From an uncultured Gaiellaceae bacterium (lineage in GTDB: Bacteria > Actinomycetota > Thermoleophilia > Gaiellales > Gaiellaceae): DNA of 64,000 nucleotides. The position numbers and the translations under genes were made by a program. Below, one piece after another: positions 52,474-62,013 of this stretch. The notes beneath the pieces were generated by a model. It was not told where the DNA came from, did no database searches, and saw only the letters and a list, made by a program, of their open reading frames with translations. The stretch lies in assembly GCA_963820635.1 (NCBI GenBank), contig CAWGAN010000003.1, positions 583,459 to 647,458 on the forward strand. The letters run 5' to 3'. The first letter of the stretch is position 1, and each line of letters starts with the position of its first letter.

Positions 52474-53988
52474 TTAGCGGGAGTCGGTGTGCTGCTCGGC
52501 AGCGACTTCGACTGCGGGCTCGCCGTCGGTGTCGGGCTCGGGCTCGGTCGCTTCCTCGGCCGAAGCGTCCTCGAGCTCGGCTTCGGCGATCTCGACCGTG
52601 GCGACGATCTCCTCGGCAACCTCCTCCGCCTCGGTCTCCTCGACCGCGACCTCGGCGACGATCTCCTCGGCTGCATCCTCCGTCTCGGCTTCCTCGACCT
52701 CGGCGACGATCTCGTCCGCCTCAGCGACCTCGACCTCAGACTCGGCTTCGGCCTCCTCGGCTTCCTCCAGCTCGACAGGGGGTGCCGACGTCGTCGGGAA
52801 CGCCTCCTCGGAGAGCCTCAGGTCGGGCATCGTGTGCACCGACTCGGCGCCGTCCGCACGCGGGACGGGCTGGTCGCCCTCCTCGACGCGCTTGAGCGAG
52901 AGCGAGAGGCGCCGGCGATCGCCGTCGATCTCGAGGATGCGCACGTTCACCGCGTCGCCCTGCGAGACGACCTCGCGCGGGTTCTCGACGTGATGCGGCG
53001 CAAGCTCGGAGATGTGTACGAGGCCCTCGACACCCGGAAGGATCTCGACGAAGGCGCCGAACGTGACGACCTTCGCCACGCGTCCCTCGACGACGTCCTC
53101 CTCGCGGTAGCTCTCGACGACCTGCTGCCACGGATCCGTCTGGGTCTGCTTCAGGCCGAGCGAGATCCGCTGGCGGTCGCGGTCGATGTCGAGCACCTTC
53201 ACGCTGACCGTCTGGCCGATGTCGAGCACCTCGGACGGGTGGTTGACGTGGCTCCAGCTGAGCTCGGAGATGTGGATGAGGCCGTCCATTCCGTCGAGGT
53301 CGACGAACGCGCCGAAGTCGACGATGTTCGAGATCTGGCCCTCGATGACGTCGCCCGGGCTCAGGCGGTCGAGGATCGCCTGGCGCATCTCCTTGCGCTC
53401 GTCCTCGAGGACGGCGCGACGGGAGAGGACGACGTTGTTGCGCGAGCGGTTGAGCTCGATGACCTTGCAGCGAAGCTCCTTGCCGAGGAACTCGTCGAGG
53501 TCCTGCACGCGCCGGATGTCGACGAGCGACGCCGGCAGGAACCCGCGTACCCCGAGGTCGAGGATGAGCCCGCCCTTGACGACCTCGATCACCTTGCCGT
53601 TGACCGGCTCGCCGGACTCTGCTGCGGCCTCGATGCGCTTCCACGCAAGCTCGAAGCGGGCGCGCTTCTTCGAGAGGATGAGGCGCCCCTCGGCGTCCTC
53701 CTTCGTGAGGACGAGCGCGTCGATCTCCTCGCCCACAGCTACCTCGTCGGCCGGATTCACCGACCGGCGAATCGTCAGCTCGGCAACGGGGATGACGCCT
53801 TCCGACTTGTAACCGATGTCGACGAGCACCTCGTCCTTGTCCACGCGCACGACCGTGCCGTGCACGACCTCGCCCTCGTTGATCTCCGGGAAGGCAGCGT
53901 CGTAGTCAGGGATGAGATCCCCGTCGGGGCCCGTTATCCAGACGCCCTCTTCGGCGGCAGCAGGCTTTTCGGCGATGTCGTTCGCCAT
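52474..53988 (-). CDS. rpsA: 30S ribosomal protein S1 with a long acidic C-terminal tail
   Basis: MANDIAEKPAAAEEGVWITG... There are four S1 domains (VVHGTVVRVDKDEVLVDIGYKSEGVIP, VNGKVIEVVKGGLILDLGVRGFLPAS, VIEGQISNIVDFGAFVDLDGMDGLIHISEL, VVEGRVAKVVTFGAFVEILPGVEGLVHISEL). ATG lies at 53986-53988. Confidence 0.95.
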   Translation of the reverse strand: MANDIAEKPAAAEEGVWITGPDGDLIPDYDAAFPEINEGEVVHGTVVRVDKDEVLVDIGYKSEGVIPVAELTIRRSVNPADEVAVGEEIDALVLTKEDAEGRLILSKKRARFELAWKRIEAAAESGEPVNGKVIEVVKGGLILDLGVRGFLPASLVDIRRVQDLDEFLGKELRCKVIELNRSRNNVVLSRRAVLEDERKEMRQAILDRLSPGDVIEGQISNIVDFGAFVDLDGMDGLIHISELSWSHVNHPSEVLDIGQTVSVKVLDIDRDRQRISLGLKQTQTDPWQQVVESYREEDVVEGRVAKVVTFGAFVEILPGVEGLVHISELAPHHVENPREVVSQGDAVNVRILEIDGDRRRLSLSLKRVEEGDQPVPRADGAESVHTMPDLRLSEEAFPTTSAPPVELEEAEEAEAESEVEVAEADEIVAEVEEAETEDAAEEIVAEVAVEETEAEEVAEEIVATVEIAEAELEDASAEEATEPEPDTDGEPAVEVAAEQHTDSR

Positions 53989-54078
53989 CGGATCGCGGAG
54001 TATAGCCGGATGCAGCGCAAATTCCGGCCAACACTGGTACCCGTCGGAGCACCCCTTCCGATGCGCTAGAAACACCGG

Positions 54079-54792
54079 GTGCGCCTCACTCTCGTCCGCA
54101 GCGCGACCGTCATCGTCGAGATCGCGGGAAAGCGGATCCTGGTGGATCCGATGCTCGACGACGTCGGCGCGCGGCCGCCGATCGAGCAAACTCGCAACCA
54201 GGTTGCCAACCCCACGGTGCCGCTCCCGTTCCCCGCGGAGGACGTCGTCCGGGGAATCGATGCGGTGATCGTCACACACCGACATCGCGACCATCTCGAT
54301 ACGCGCGGCGAGGAACTGCTCCCGCGCGACATTCCGGTGTTCTGTCAGCCCGAGGACGAGGAGGCGCTCCGCGGACTCGGGCTCGACGCTCGCGCGATCG
54401 CGGACGAGCTCGACTGGGACGGTCTGACGATCACGCGGACGCCCGCGCGACACGGGAGCGGACGCGTTGCCGAGCTGCTCGCCCCCGTCAGTGGATTCGT
54501 CCTCGACGACCTCTACCTCGCCGGCGACACCGTCTGGTACGACGAGGTCGAGTCGACGATCGAGCGGCACCGTCCACGCGTCGCCGTCGTGAACGCCGGC
54601 GGAGCCGAGTTCGTCGAAGGCGGGCTCATCGTCATGGGAGCCGACGACGTTCGGGAGGTCGTGGCGCGCGTGCCGACGGTGATCGCGGTGCACATGGAGG
54701 CCCTGAACCACTGCTTTCTGGAGCGCGAGTCACTGCGCCGGGCGGTTCCGGGCGTCCTCGTGCCGGAGGACGGCGAGACGCTCGAGGTGTAG
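54079..54792 (+). CDS. MBL-fold metallo-hydrolase
   Basis: Intact 237-aa ORF with the HxHxDH motif VIVTHRHRDHLD. UlaG/Zn-hydrolase-like. Confidence 0.75.
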   Translation: MRLTLVRSATVIVEIAGKRILVDPMLDDVGARPPIEQTRNQVANPTVPLPFPAEDVVRGIDAVIVTHRHRDHLDTRGEELLPRDIPVFCQPEDEEALRGLGLDARAIADELDWDGLTITRTPARHGSGRVAELLAPVSGFVLDDLYLAGDTVWYDEVESTIERHRPRVAVVNAGGAEFVEGGLIVMGADDVREVVARVPTVIAVHMEALNHCFLERESLRRAVPGVLVPEDGETLEV

Positions 54793-54818
54793 GGACGCGG
54801 ACGAGGCAAGTCTCGCCC

Positions 54819-57386
54819 CTACGACTTCGCCTCCGCCCAGTCGTCGCCGACGCCGATGTCGACGGCGAGCGCCGGATCGAGCGGATACGCCCCCACCATC
54901 TCCTCGCGGACGAGCTCGCGCACCTTCGACACCTCGGTCTCCGGAACCTCGAGCAGGAGCTCGTCGTGCACCTGCAGGACGAGGCGCGCGTTTCGCCCTT
55001 CCGCCCGCAAGCGATCGTGGATCGCGACCATCGCGACCTTGATGATGTCGGCGTTCGAGCCCTGCATCACGAAGTTGACCGCGACGCGCTCGCCGAAGCC
55101 CCGCGTCTGGCGATTCATCGCGCGAAGCTCCGGGACCGGACGGCGCCGGCCGAGCAGGCTCGTCGCGTAGCCGTCCTCGGACGCCTGCACGATCGTCCGC
55201 GCGATGAACGCCTGGACGTGCGGGAAGCGCGCGAGGTAGGCGTCGATGTACGCCTGTGCCTGCTCCTTCGGGATGTCGAGGTTCTCCGAGAGCCCGAAGG
55301 CCGAGATCCCGTAGACGATCCCGAAGTTGATCATCTTCGCGACGTTTCGCTCGTCCTTCGTGAGCGTCGCAGGATCCTTCCCGAGCACCTCGGCGGCAGT
55401 CGCCGTGTGGATGTCCTCGCCGCGCGCGAACGCCTCGCGCAGCTTCGGCTCGCCGGAGACGTGCGCGAGGATGCGCAGCTCGATCTGCGAGTAGTCGGCG
55501 GAGAGCAGACGGTGTCCGGGCTCCGCGACGAACGCCGAGCGGATCTCGCGCCCGAGCTCGGTGCGAATCGGGATCGCCTGCAGGTTCGGATTCGTCGTCG
55601 AGAGACGTCCGGTTGCGGCGACGGTCTGGTTGATCGTCGTGTGCAGGCGGCCGTCCTCGCCGATGAGCGTCGGCAGCGGCCCGAGGTACGTGTTCACGAG
55701 CTTCGTCAGCTCGCGCCACTCCTCGATCACCGGGACGATCTCGTGGTCGTCGCGGATCCGCTGCAGCACCTTCGAGTCCGTCGAGTAGCCCGTCTTTCCC
55801 TTGCGCCCTGGCGTGAGCTCGAGCTTCTCGAAGAGAACCCGGCCGAGCTGCTGCGGCGAGCCGATGACGAACTCCTCGCCCGCGAGGCCGTACGCGCGAG
55901 CCTCGAGCTCTTCGATGCGATCGCTGAGACGCGCGGTGATCTCTCCCATGCGGTACGTGTCGATGCGAACGCCCGCGTCCTCCATCGCGGCGAGGACGAC
56001 GCTCAGCGGAAGCTCGACGTCGCGGTACAGGCTTTCGGAGCCGCGCTCGGTCACCTTCGCGAGGAGCGGCTCCGCCAACCGGCGCGCGGCCTCGGCGTGT
56101 CGCACGAGTGCAGCCGTCTCCTCCTCGGCGGGCGGGTCGGGCTCGAGCTCGACGCCGTACTCGGCCATGAGATCGTCGAGCTCGTACTCGGCGCGGCCGG
56201 GATCGATGAGGTACGCGAGGATCATCGTGTCGTCCGCGGCAGGCTCTCCCAGCCGCAGCCTCTTGGCATCGTGTGCGATCACGTCGAGGCCCGACGCTCG
56301 TGGCAGAGGCGCTGGCGCGAGGATCACCTCTCCCGTCCCGGCCGCGAGCGCGACTCGCTCCGCGTCGGCGGCGACACCGACGCGCCCGCGAAGTCCCTGC
56401 AGGTCGCCTTCGCGCCAGGACACGTTCTCCGACTCGGTCTCGGGACGCTCCGCTGCAGGCAACGCCTCGTCGAGCGTGTCGACGCGCCCGAGCAGCCCGC
56501 GGAACTCGAACCGCCGGAAGATCTCCTTGAGCTCGGAGCGGTCGGGAGGCTGAAGCACGAGCCCGGCGGGATCGACGCCGAGGTCGAGATCGCGCCGCAT
56601 CGTCGCCAGGAGCTTCGAGGCCCGCGCCTGCTCGGCGTTCTCGGCGACCGCCTTCGATCGTGCGGGCGAGAGCTCCGCAGCGTGCTCGACGACGTCCTCG
56701 AGCGAGCCGTACTGCGCGATCAGCTGCCCTGCCGTCTTGTCCCCGATGCCAGGGATGCCGGGGATGTTGTCGCTCGTGTCGCCCTTCAGGCCGATGAAGT
56801 CCGGGATCTGTAGCGGGCGGATGCCGTACCGCGCCTCCACGCGCTCGGGTGTGTAGACCTGCACGTCCGCGACGCCGCGCGGCGTCATCATCAGGCAGAC
56901 GTTCTCGGAGACGAGCTGGAACGCGTCGCGATCGGTCGAGACGACGCACGTCTTGATGCCCGCCTCGTCGGCGAGCGTCGCGAGCGTCGCGATCACGTCG
57001 TCGGCCTCCCACCCCTCGAACTCGAGGTTCTGGTAGCCGAACGCCTCGACGATCGGCCGGAAGTGCGGGAACTGCTCGCGCAGGAGATCCGGCATCGGCC
57101 GGCGCTCGGCCTTGTACTCGGCGTCGATCTCCTTGCGGTGCACCGGCCGCGTGTCCCAGGCCACGGCGACGCCACGCGGCCGGTAGTCCGAGAGCAGCTT
57201 GAAGAGCATGTTGGTGAACCCGAGGAGCGCGTTCGTCGGCTGCCCGTCGGTCGTCTGGAGCTCCTCCGGGAGTGCGAAGAAACCGCGATAGGCGAGGTTG
57301 TTGCCGTCGACGAGGAAGAGCTCCGAGTCGCGCACGGGGCCGTCGTCGAGGACGAGCTCCTCCCCGGTCAGCGTCTTCGGACTCAC
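54819..57386 (-). CDS. polA: DNA polymerase I
   Basis: Intact 855-aa ORF. The 5'-nuclease N-terminus is FLVDGNNLAYRGFFALPE... The polymerase motifs are LLSADYSQIELRILAH, RNVAKMINFGIVYGISAFGL and LQVHDELLLEV. Confidence 0.96.
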   Translation of the reverse strand: MSPKTLTGEELVLDDGPVRDSELFLVDGNNLAYRGFFALPEELQTTDGQPTNALLGFTNMLFKLLSDYRPRGVAVAWDTRPVHRKEIDAEYKAERRPMPDLLREQFPHFRPIVEAFGYQNLEFEGWEADDVIATLATLADEAGIKTCVVSTDRDAFQLVSENVCLMMTPRGVADVQVYTPERVEARYGIRPLQIPDFIGLKGDTSDNIPGIPGIGDKTAGQLIAQYGSLEDVVEHAAELSPARSKAVAENAEQARASKLLATMRRDLDLGVDPAGLVLQPPDRSELKEIFRRFEFRGLLGRVDTLDEALPAAERPETESENVSWREGDLQGLRGRVGVAADAERVALAAGTGEVILAPAPLPRASGLDVIAHDAKRLRLGEPAADDTMILAYLIDPGRAEYELDDLMAEYGVELEPDPPAEEETAALVRHAEAARRLAEPLLAKVTERGSESLYRDVELPLSVVLAAMEDAGVRIDTYRMGEITARLSDRIEELEARAYGLAGEEFVIGSPQQLGRVLFEKLELTPGRKGKTGYSTDSKVLQRIRDDHEIVPVIEEWRELTKLVNTYLGPLPTLIGEDGRLHTTINQTVAATGRLSTTNPNLQAIPIRTELGREIRSAFVAEPGHRLLSADYSQIELRILAHVSGEPKLREAFARGEDIHTATAAEVLGKDPATLTKDERNVAKMINFGIVYGISAFGLSENLDIPKEQAQAYIDAYLARFPHVQAFIARTIVQASEDGYATSLLGRRRPVPELRAMNRQTRGFGERVAVNFVMQGSNADIIKVAMVAIHDRLRAEGRNARLVLQVHDELLLEVPETEVSKVRELVREEMVGAYPLDPALAVDIGVGDDWAEAKS

Positions 57387-57424
57387 CGAAGCAACTTTAC
57401 GGGCGCTGGCCCAGCCGAGGAGAA

Positions 57425-57691
57425 GTGCGATGCGACCGCGAAGCGGGCGCCTTCAGGGATCTTCGCGCGATCGTGATCCACACTCGTGGATCGGGATCTT
57501 GCGCCTGGAAACCGTGCGATGCGACCGCGAAGCGGGCGCCTTCAGGGATCTTCGCGCGATCGTGATCCACACTCGTGGATCGGGATCTTGCGCCTGGAAA
57601 CCGTGCGATGCGACCGCGAAGCGGGCGCCTTCAGGGATTTTGCGCGATCCCGATCCACACTCGTGGATCGGGATCTTGCGCTTAGATAGAG
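57425..57691. repeat. Three tandem copies of an 89-bp structured repeat between polA and the LarA-like gene
   Basis: The unit is GTGCGATGCGACCGCGAAGCGGGCGCCTTCAGGGATCTTCGCGCGATCGTGATCCACACTCGTGGATCGGGATCTTGCGCCTGGAAACC, starting at 57425, 57514 and 57603. Copies 1 and 2 are identical. Copy 3 carries a few changes that perfect the central stem GATCCCGATCCAC/GTGGATCGGGATC. Confidence 0.9.
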
Positions 57692-57695
57692 CGCC

Positions 57696-59180
57696 GTGGC
57701 CGGCGTCCCGCTCCTCTCGGGCTCGCGGATCGTCACCGTCCCGGTCGGCGCCGACGACGTGATCCTGCGCCCACCTCCGCCGCCCACGCGCGTGGTCGAC
57801 GTGGCCGCAGCGGTGCGAGACGCACTCGCCTTCCCGCTCTCCGGTCCTCCGCTCGCCGCGCTCGCGCGCCGAGGCAGGCGCATCACGATCGTCGTCGAGC
57901 CTCCGGCACTCCCGCTCCCGGGAGCGCAGGTCGATCCGCGACCGCTTGCGCTCGCGACGGTTCTCGACCAGCTCGAGAGCCATGGCGTCGCCGACGAGGA
58001 CGTCACGCTTCTCGTGGCAGGAGGGCTCGCTCGACGGGTCGGGAGAAGGGAGCTCGAGCGGCTCCTTCCTCCTCCGCAGGCGCGCGCATTCCGCGGCAGC
58101 GTCGTCGTCCACGACGCCGCCGCTGCCGACCTCGTCGCCATCTCGGCCGACACCCGGATCAATCCGGCCGTCGTCGAGGCTGACCTCGTCATCGTCGTCT
58201 CGTCAGCCGAGACCGTCGTTCACGGTGGCCCGGGCGCCCTGCTCGCGGCGTGCGATGCGGCGACGATTCGACGCGCCGCCGCCGCGCGGTCGCTCGTGCA
58301 GGCGTCGCGCGAACCGGTCTGGGAGCTGGCACTGGCGATCGAGGCGGCGGTCGCCTCGCGGGTCGGGCTCCTCGCCGTCTCGCTCGTGCTCGACCACCCG
58401 CGACTCGCGGGACGGTTCCGCGGCTACCCCCACGAGGAGGCGGCTCTCGAGCACGTCGCGCGCTCGCCGTTCCGGCGTCTTTACTCCCTGCTCCCTGCGG
58501 CCGTGCGGCGCGGCGTCCTCAGCGACCAGAGTCGCCTCCTCGCAACGACCGCCGTCTTCGCCGGCACTCCGTCGGTCGCACACGCCGAGGCACTCGTTCG
58601 GGCGGTCGAGCTCCGCGGGACGCATCTCGACGAACCGCTCGACGCGATCGTCGTCGGCGTCCCGTGGGTCGGTGCACACGTGCCACGCGAGTCGCTCAAC
58701 CCGATCACGTCGGCCGGCGTCGTGCTGGGACTCGCGCTCCGGCAGTGGCGCGACGCATTTCCGGTCCGAGACGGCGGAACCCTCGTCCTCGTCCATTCGC
58801 TGACGCGCTCGTTCGCGCACGGGACGCAGAATCCGTACCGCTCGCTCTTCGACACGCTGCGCGTCGGCGACGCGAGCCTGCTGGCCGACGCCGAGACGGC
58901 GGCGGCAACCGACCAGCGGGCGCTCCGCGCGTACCGCGCAGGGCGTGCGTGCCATCCGCTGCTCCCGTACGCCGACTGGGCGGGCTGCCAGCCGGCGCTC
59001 TCGCGGCTCGGTCGGGTGATCGTCGCCGGCAGCCGCGACGCGAACGCCGCGCGGGCGCTCGGGTTCGTACCCGGTCACTCCGTGTCGAGCGCGCTCGAGA
59101 TGGCGCACGGCGTCGCGGGTGGGCGCGCGCGCGTCGGCGTCCTGCTCGCCCCTCCGTACGCGCCGCTTCTGGTCGGTTGA
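57696..59180 (+). CDS. LarA/DUF2088-like (lactate racemase N-terminal domain-like) protein
   Basis: Intact 494-aa ORF. RRITIVVEPPALPLPG..., DVTLLVAGGLARRVGRRELERLL and EADLVIVVSSAETVVHGGPGALLA resemble the LarA N-domain layout. The assignment comes from remembered family features only. Confidence 0.4.
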   Translation: MAGVPLLSGSRIVTVPVGADDVILRPPPPPTRVVDVAAAVRDALAFPLSGPPLAALARRGRRITIVVEPPALPLPGAQVDPRPLALATVLDQLESHGVADEDVTLLVAGGLARRVGRRELERLLPPPQARAFRGSVVVHDAAAADLVAISADTRINPAVVEADLVIVVSSAETVVHGGPGALLAACDAATIRRAAAARSLVQASREPVWELALAIEAAVASRVGLLAVSLVLDHPRLAGRFRGYPHEEAALEHVARSPFRRLYSLLPAAVRRGVLSDQSRLLATTAVFAGTPSVAHAEALVRAVELRGTHLDEPLDAIVVGVPWVGAHVPRESLNPITSAGVVLGLALRQWRDAFPVRDGGTLVLVHSLTRSFAHGTQNPYRSLFDTLRVGDASLLADAETAAATDQRALRAYRAGRACHPLLPYADWAGCQPALSRLGRVIVAGSRDANAARALGFVPGHSVSSALEMAHGVAGGRARVGVLLAPPYAPLLVG

Positions 59181-59194
59181 CGGAGAAGCAAGCA

Positions 59195-59276
59195 CGCGGC
59201 CGCGAAGCGGACGCCTTCAGGGATCTTCGCGCGAGCGGAAACTCCGCGCTAGCGGATTTCCGCTCTTGCGCAAGAT
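59195..59276. repeat. Structured intergenic repeat, single copy of the same family
   Basis: CCGCGAAGCGGACGCCTTCAGGGATCTTCGCGCG module plus the hairpin GAGCGGAAA-c-TCCGC-GCTA-GCGGA-TTTCCGCTC. It lies between the convergent LarA-like and livF stops. Confidence 0.7.
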
Positions 59277-59286
59277 CAGCGTCGCC

Positions 59287-60024
59287 CTACCCCTCGCCAA
59301 GGTAGGTCTTGCGGACCTGCTCGTTCGTCTTGAGCTCGGCGGCGGGGCCCTCGAGGGCGATGCGTCCGGTCTCCATGACGTAACCGCGCTGCGCGACGTC
59401 GAGCGCCATCAGCGCGTTCTGCTCGACGAGGAGCACCGGCGTGCCCTGCTTGTTGACCTCGATGACCGTCTCGAAGATCCGCTCGACGAAGATCGGCGCG
59501 AGGCCCATCGACGGCTCGTCGAGGAGCAGGAGCTTCGGCCGCGCCATGAGCGCGCGGCCGATCGCGCACATCTGCTGCTCGCCGCCGGACATCGTCCCGG
59601 CCTTCTGCGTCCGCCGCTCCTTCAGGCGCGGGAACAGCTCGAAGACGCGCTCCATGTCGTCCGCGAAGTTCTCCTTGTCGTCGCGCTGGAAGGCACCCAT
59701 CTCGAGGTTCTCGGTCACGCTCATGCGCGGAAACAGCCGGCGCCCCTCCGGGCTCTGCGCGATCCCGCTCTTCACGATCGTGTGAGGCGCACCGCCCGTG
59801 ATGTCGTCTCCCTGGAAGCGGATCCGCCCCTGCCGTGGCTTGTTGATGCCGTTGATGGCTCGGAGAGTCGACGACTTCCCGGCACCGTTCGCGCCGATGA
59901 GCGTGACGATCTCTCCCGCGCCGACGGTCAGCGAGACCCCTTTCAGCGCGTGGATCGCACCGTAATAGAGGTGGACGTCCTCGATCTCGAGAATGTTCCC
60001 GGCGGTCCCGCCTGTAGTGGTCAC
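59287..60024 (-). CDS. livF: Branched-chain amino acid ABC transporter ATP-binding protein LivF
   Basis: LEIEDVHLYYGAIHALKGVSLTVGAGEIVTLIGANGAGKSSTLRAI...MSGGEQQMCAIGRALMARPKLLLLDEPSMGLAP. GTG 60022-60024 overlaps the livG TGA. Confidence 0.9.
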   Translation of the reverse strand: MTTTGGTAGNILEIEDVHLYYGAIHALKGVSLTVGAGEIVTLIGANGAGKSSTLRAINGINKPRQGRIRFQGDDITGGAPHTIVKSGIAQSPEGRRLFPRMSVTENLEMGAFQRDDKENFADDMERVFELFPRLKERRTQKAGTMSGGEQQMCAIGRALMARPKLLLLDEPSMGLAPIFVERIFETVIEVNKQGTPVLLVEQNALMALDVAQRGYVMETGRIALEGPAAELKTNEQVRKTYLGEG

Positions 60025-60806
60025 GCAGCCGCTCCCCGCCCCAGGTACGCCTCGATGACCCGCTCGTTCGCCTGGATCTCCGCCGGTGTCCCCTCGGCGA
60101 TCTTCTCGCCGTACTCGAGCACCGTGATGCGCTCCGACACGCCCATGACGACCTTCATGTCGTGCTCGATCAGGAGCACGGTCAGCCCCTTCTCGTCGCG
60201 CAACCGGTGAGTGAACGCGGTGAAGTCCGCCGTCTCCTGCGGGTTCATGCCGGCGGTCGGCTCGTCGAGGAGGATCAGCTTCGGATCGGTCGCGAGCGCA
60301 CGGGCGACCTCGAGCCGTCGCTGATCGCCGTACGGGAGTGTTCCCGCGTACTCCTCGTGCCTGCGTGGAAGCCCGCAGTAGCTGAGTAGCTCGCGCGCAC
60401 GCTCGCGTCCCTCCGTCTCCTCGCGCCTCACGCGCGGCGTGCGCAGGATCGATCCGAAGATTCCACCCTTCATGCGACAGTGCATTCCGACGAGGACGTT
60501 CTCGATCGCGGTCATCTGCGCGAAGAGGCGAATGTTCTGGAACGTCCGCCCGATACCGAGCTCGACGATCGCGTGCGGGGGCTTGCCGACGACCTCGGTC
60601 CCGTCGAAGACGATCGACCCGGAGGTCGGAACGTAGACACCCGTGATCTGGTTGAAGAACGTCGTCTTGCCTGCGCCGTTCGGTCCGATGAGCGCGACGA
60701 TCGAGCCGCGCGGAATGGTGAAGTCGACGTCGTTCGTCGCGACGAGCCCGCCGAACTCCTTCCGCACCGTGTCGGCGACGAGCAGATTGTCGACGGCGGC
60801 CGCCAT
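60021..60806 (-). CDS. livG: Branched-chain amino acid ABC transporter ATP-binding protein LivG
   Basis: [56 protein letters not shown]...[33 protein letters not shown]. The ATG overlaps the livM TGA (ATGA). Confidence 0.9.
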   Translation of the reverse strand: MAAAVDNLLVADTVRKEFGGLVATNDVDFTIPRGSIVALIGPNGAGKTTFFNQITGVYVPTSGSIVFDGTEVVGKPPHAIVELGIGRTFQNIRLFAQMTAIENVLVGMHCRMKGGIFGSILRTPRVRREETEGRERARELLSYCGLPRRHEEYAGTLPYGDQRRLEVARALATDPKLILLDEPTAGMNPQETADFTAFTHRLRDEKGLTVLLIEHDMKVVMGVSERITVLEYGEKIAEGTPAEIQANERVIEAYLGRGAAA

Positions 60807-62006
60807 CAGTCGTCGCTCCTGTCGCGATCGGTGAGCGTGCCCTCGGTCTGCACGTCGTAGAACGGCGTGTCGTGCACACCCTCCTCGAGCTCGATCTTGT
60901 GTCGACGCTCGGGTATCAGGCCGACGGGACGGAAGAGCATCATCACGACGATGATGAAGCCGTAGATGCCGAACTGGTACTTCGTGGGATCGAAGTTCAG
61001 CCCGGCCTCCTGGATCTTGGATCCGGTCGCGGCGAGACCGTGGATGTTCAGGTAGCCGAGGATCATGCCGCCGGCGAACACGCCCCAGATCGAGCCCATC
61101 CCGCCGAGGATGACCATGCAGAGCAGGAAGATGGAGATGTTGAAGTAGAAGTCGGCCGGGAACGCGCCCGCCCGGTAGCTCGCGAAGAAGGCACCCGCGA
61201 TCCCGCCGAAGAATGCGCCGATCGCGTACGACCAGGTCTTCGTCCTCATGAGCGGCACGCCCATCGCGGCAGCAGCGGTCTCGTCCTCGCGGATCGCGAT
61301 CCACGCGCGGCCGAGCCGCGAGTCGCGGAGCCTGACGCAGCAGAAGACGGTGAACAGGATGAGCCCGATCACCGCCCAGTAGTGGAGGTCGTCCTTGTTC
61401 GACTGCTCGCGGAACACGAAGCCGCCGATCGCGAACGAGTCGATCGGGGCGATCCCGAACGTCCCGCCCGTCAGGTTGAAGCCGCCGAGCGAGTCGGCGT
61501 TCCGTACGAACTGCGGAACGATCTCGCCGAATCCGAGCGTGACGATCGCGAGGTAGTCGCCGCGCAGTCGCAGCGTGGGCAGGCCGATGGCGATACCGAC
61601 AGCCGCCGTGAAGGCACCCGCGATGACGAGGACGAGCCACATCGAGATGTGGATTCCCGGGCAGGTCACCCGACACCGCGGAGCCGAGGTGGAACTTGAT
61701 GTCCTCGAAGTGCAGCGACGCGAGCCAGCCGGCGACGTACGCCCCGGCGGCATAGAACGCGACGTAGCCGAGGTCGAGGAGACCGGCGTAGCCGACGACG
61801 ACGTTGAGGCCGAGCGCCATCATCGTGAAGACGAGCATCACGACCATCGATCCGGTCGTCGGGACGAAGTCGCCGATGAGCGGCAGCTCCTGGAGCGTGT
61901 CGACGATGAACGGATAGATCAGGCCAACCACCAGCACGGCCCCGAGCGCCCACCATCCGCGGTCGGTGCGTGCTCGTCGCGCGAACCCGGAGAGCGCCTC
62001 GCTCAT
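60806..62006 (-). CDS. livM: Branched-chain amino acid ABC transporter permease LivM, one apparent frameshift at 61655-61657
   Basis: [33 protein letters not shown]...[23 protein letters not shown], then [13 protein letters not shown]...[19 protein letters not shown]...[37 protein letters not shown]. Confidence 0.85.
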
Positions 62007-62013
62007 GGGCGGC

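Noticed and set aside
57425-57691. Possible CRISPR array (regular repeats)
   Set aside because: The 89-bp units abut each other with no unique spacers. The unit is far longer than CRISPR repeats, and no cas genes are present in the window.
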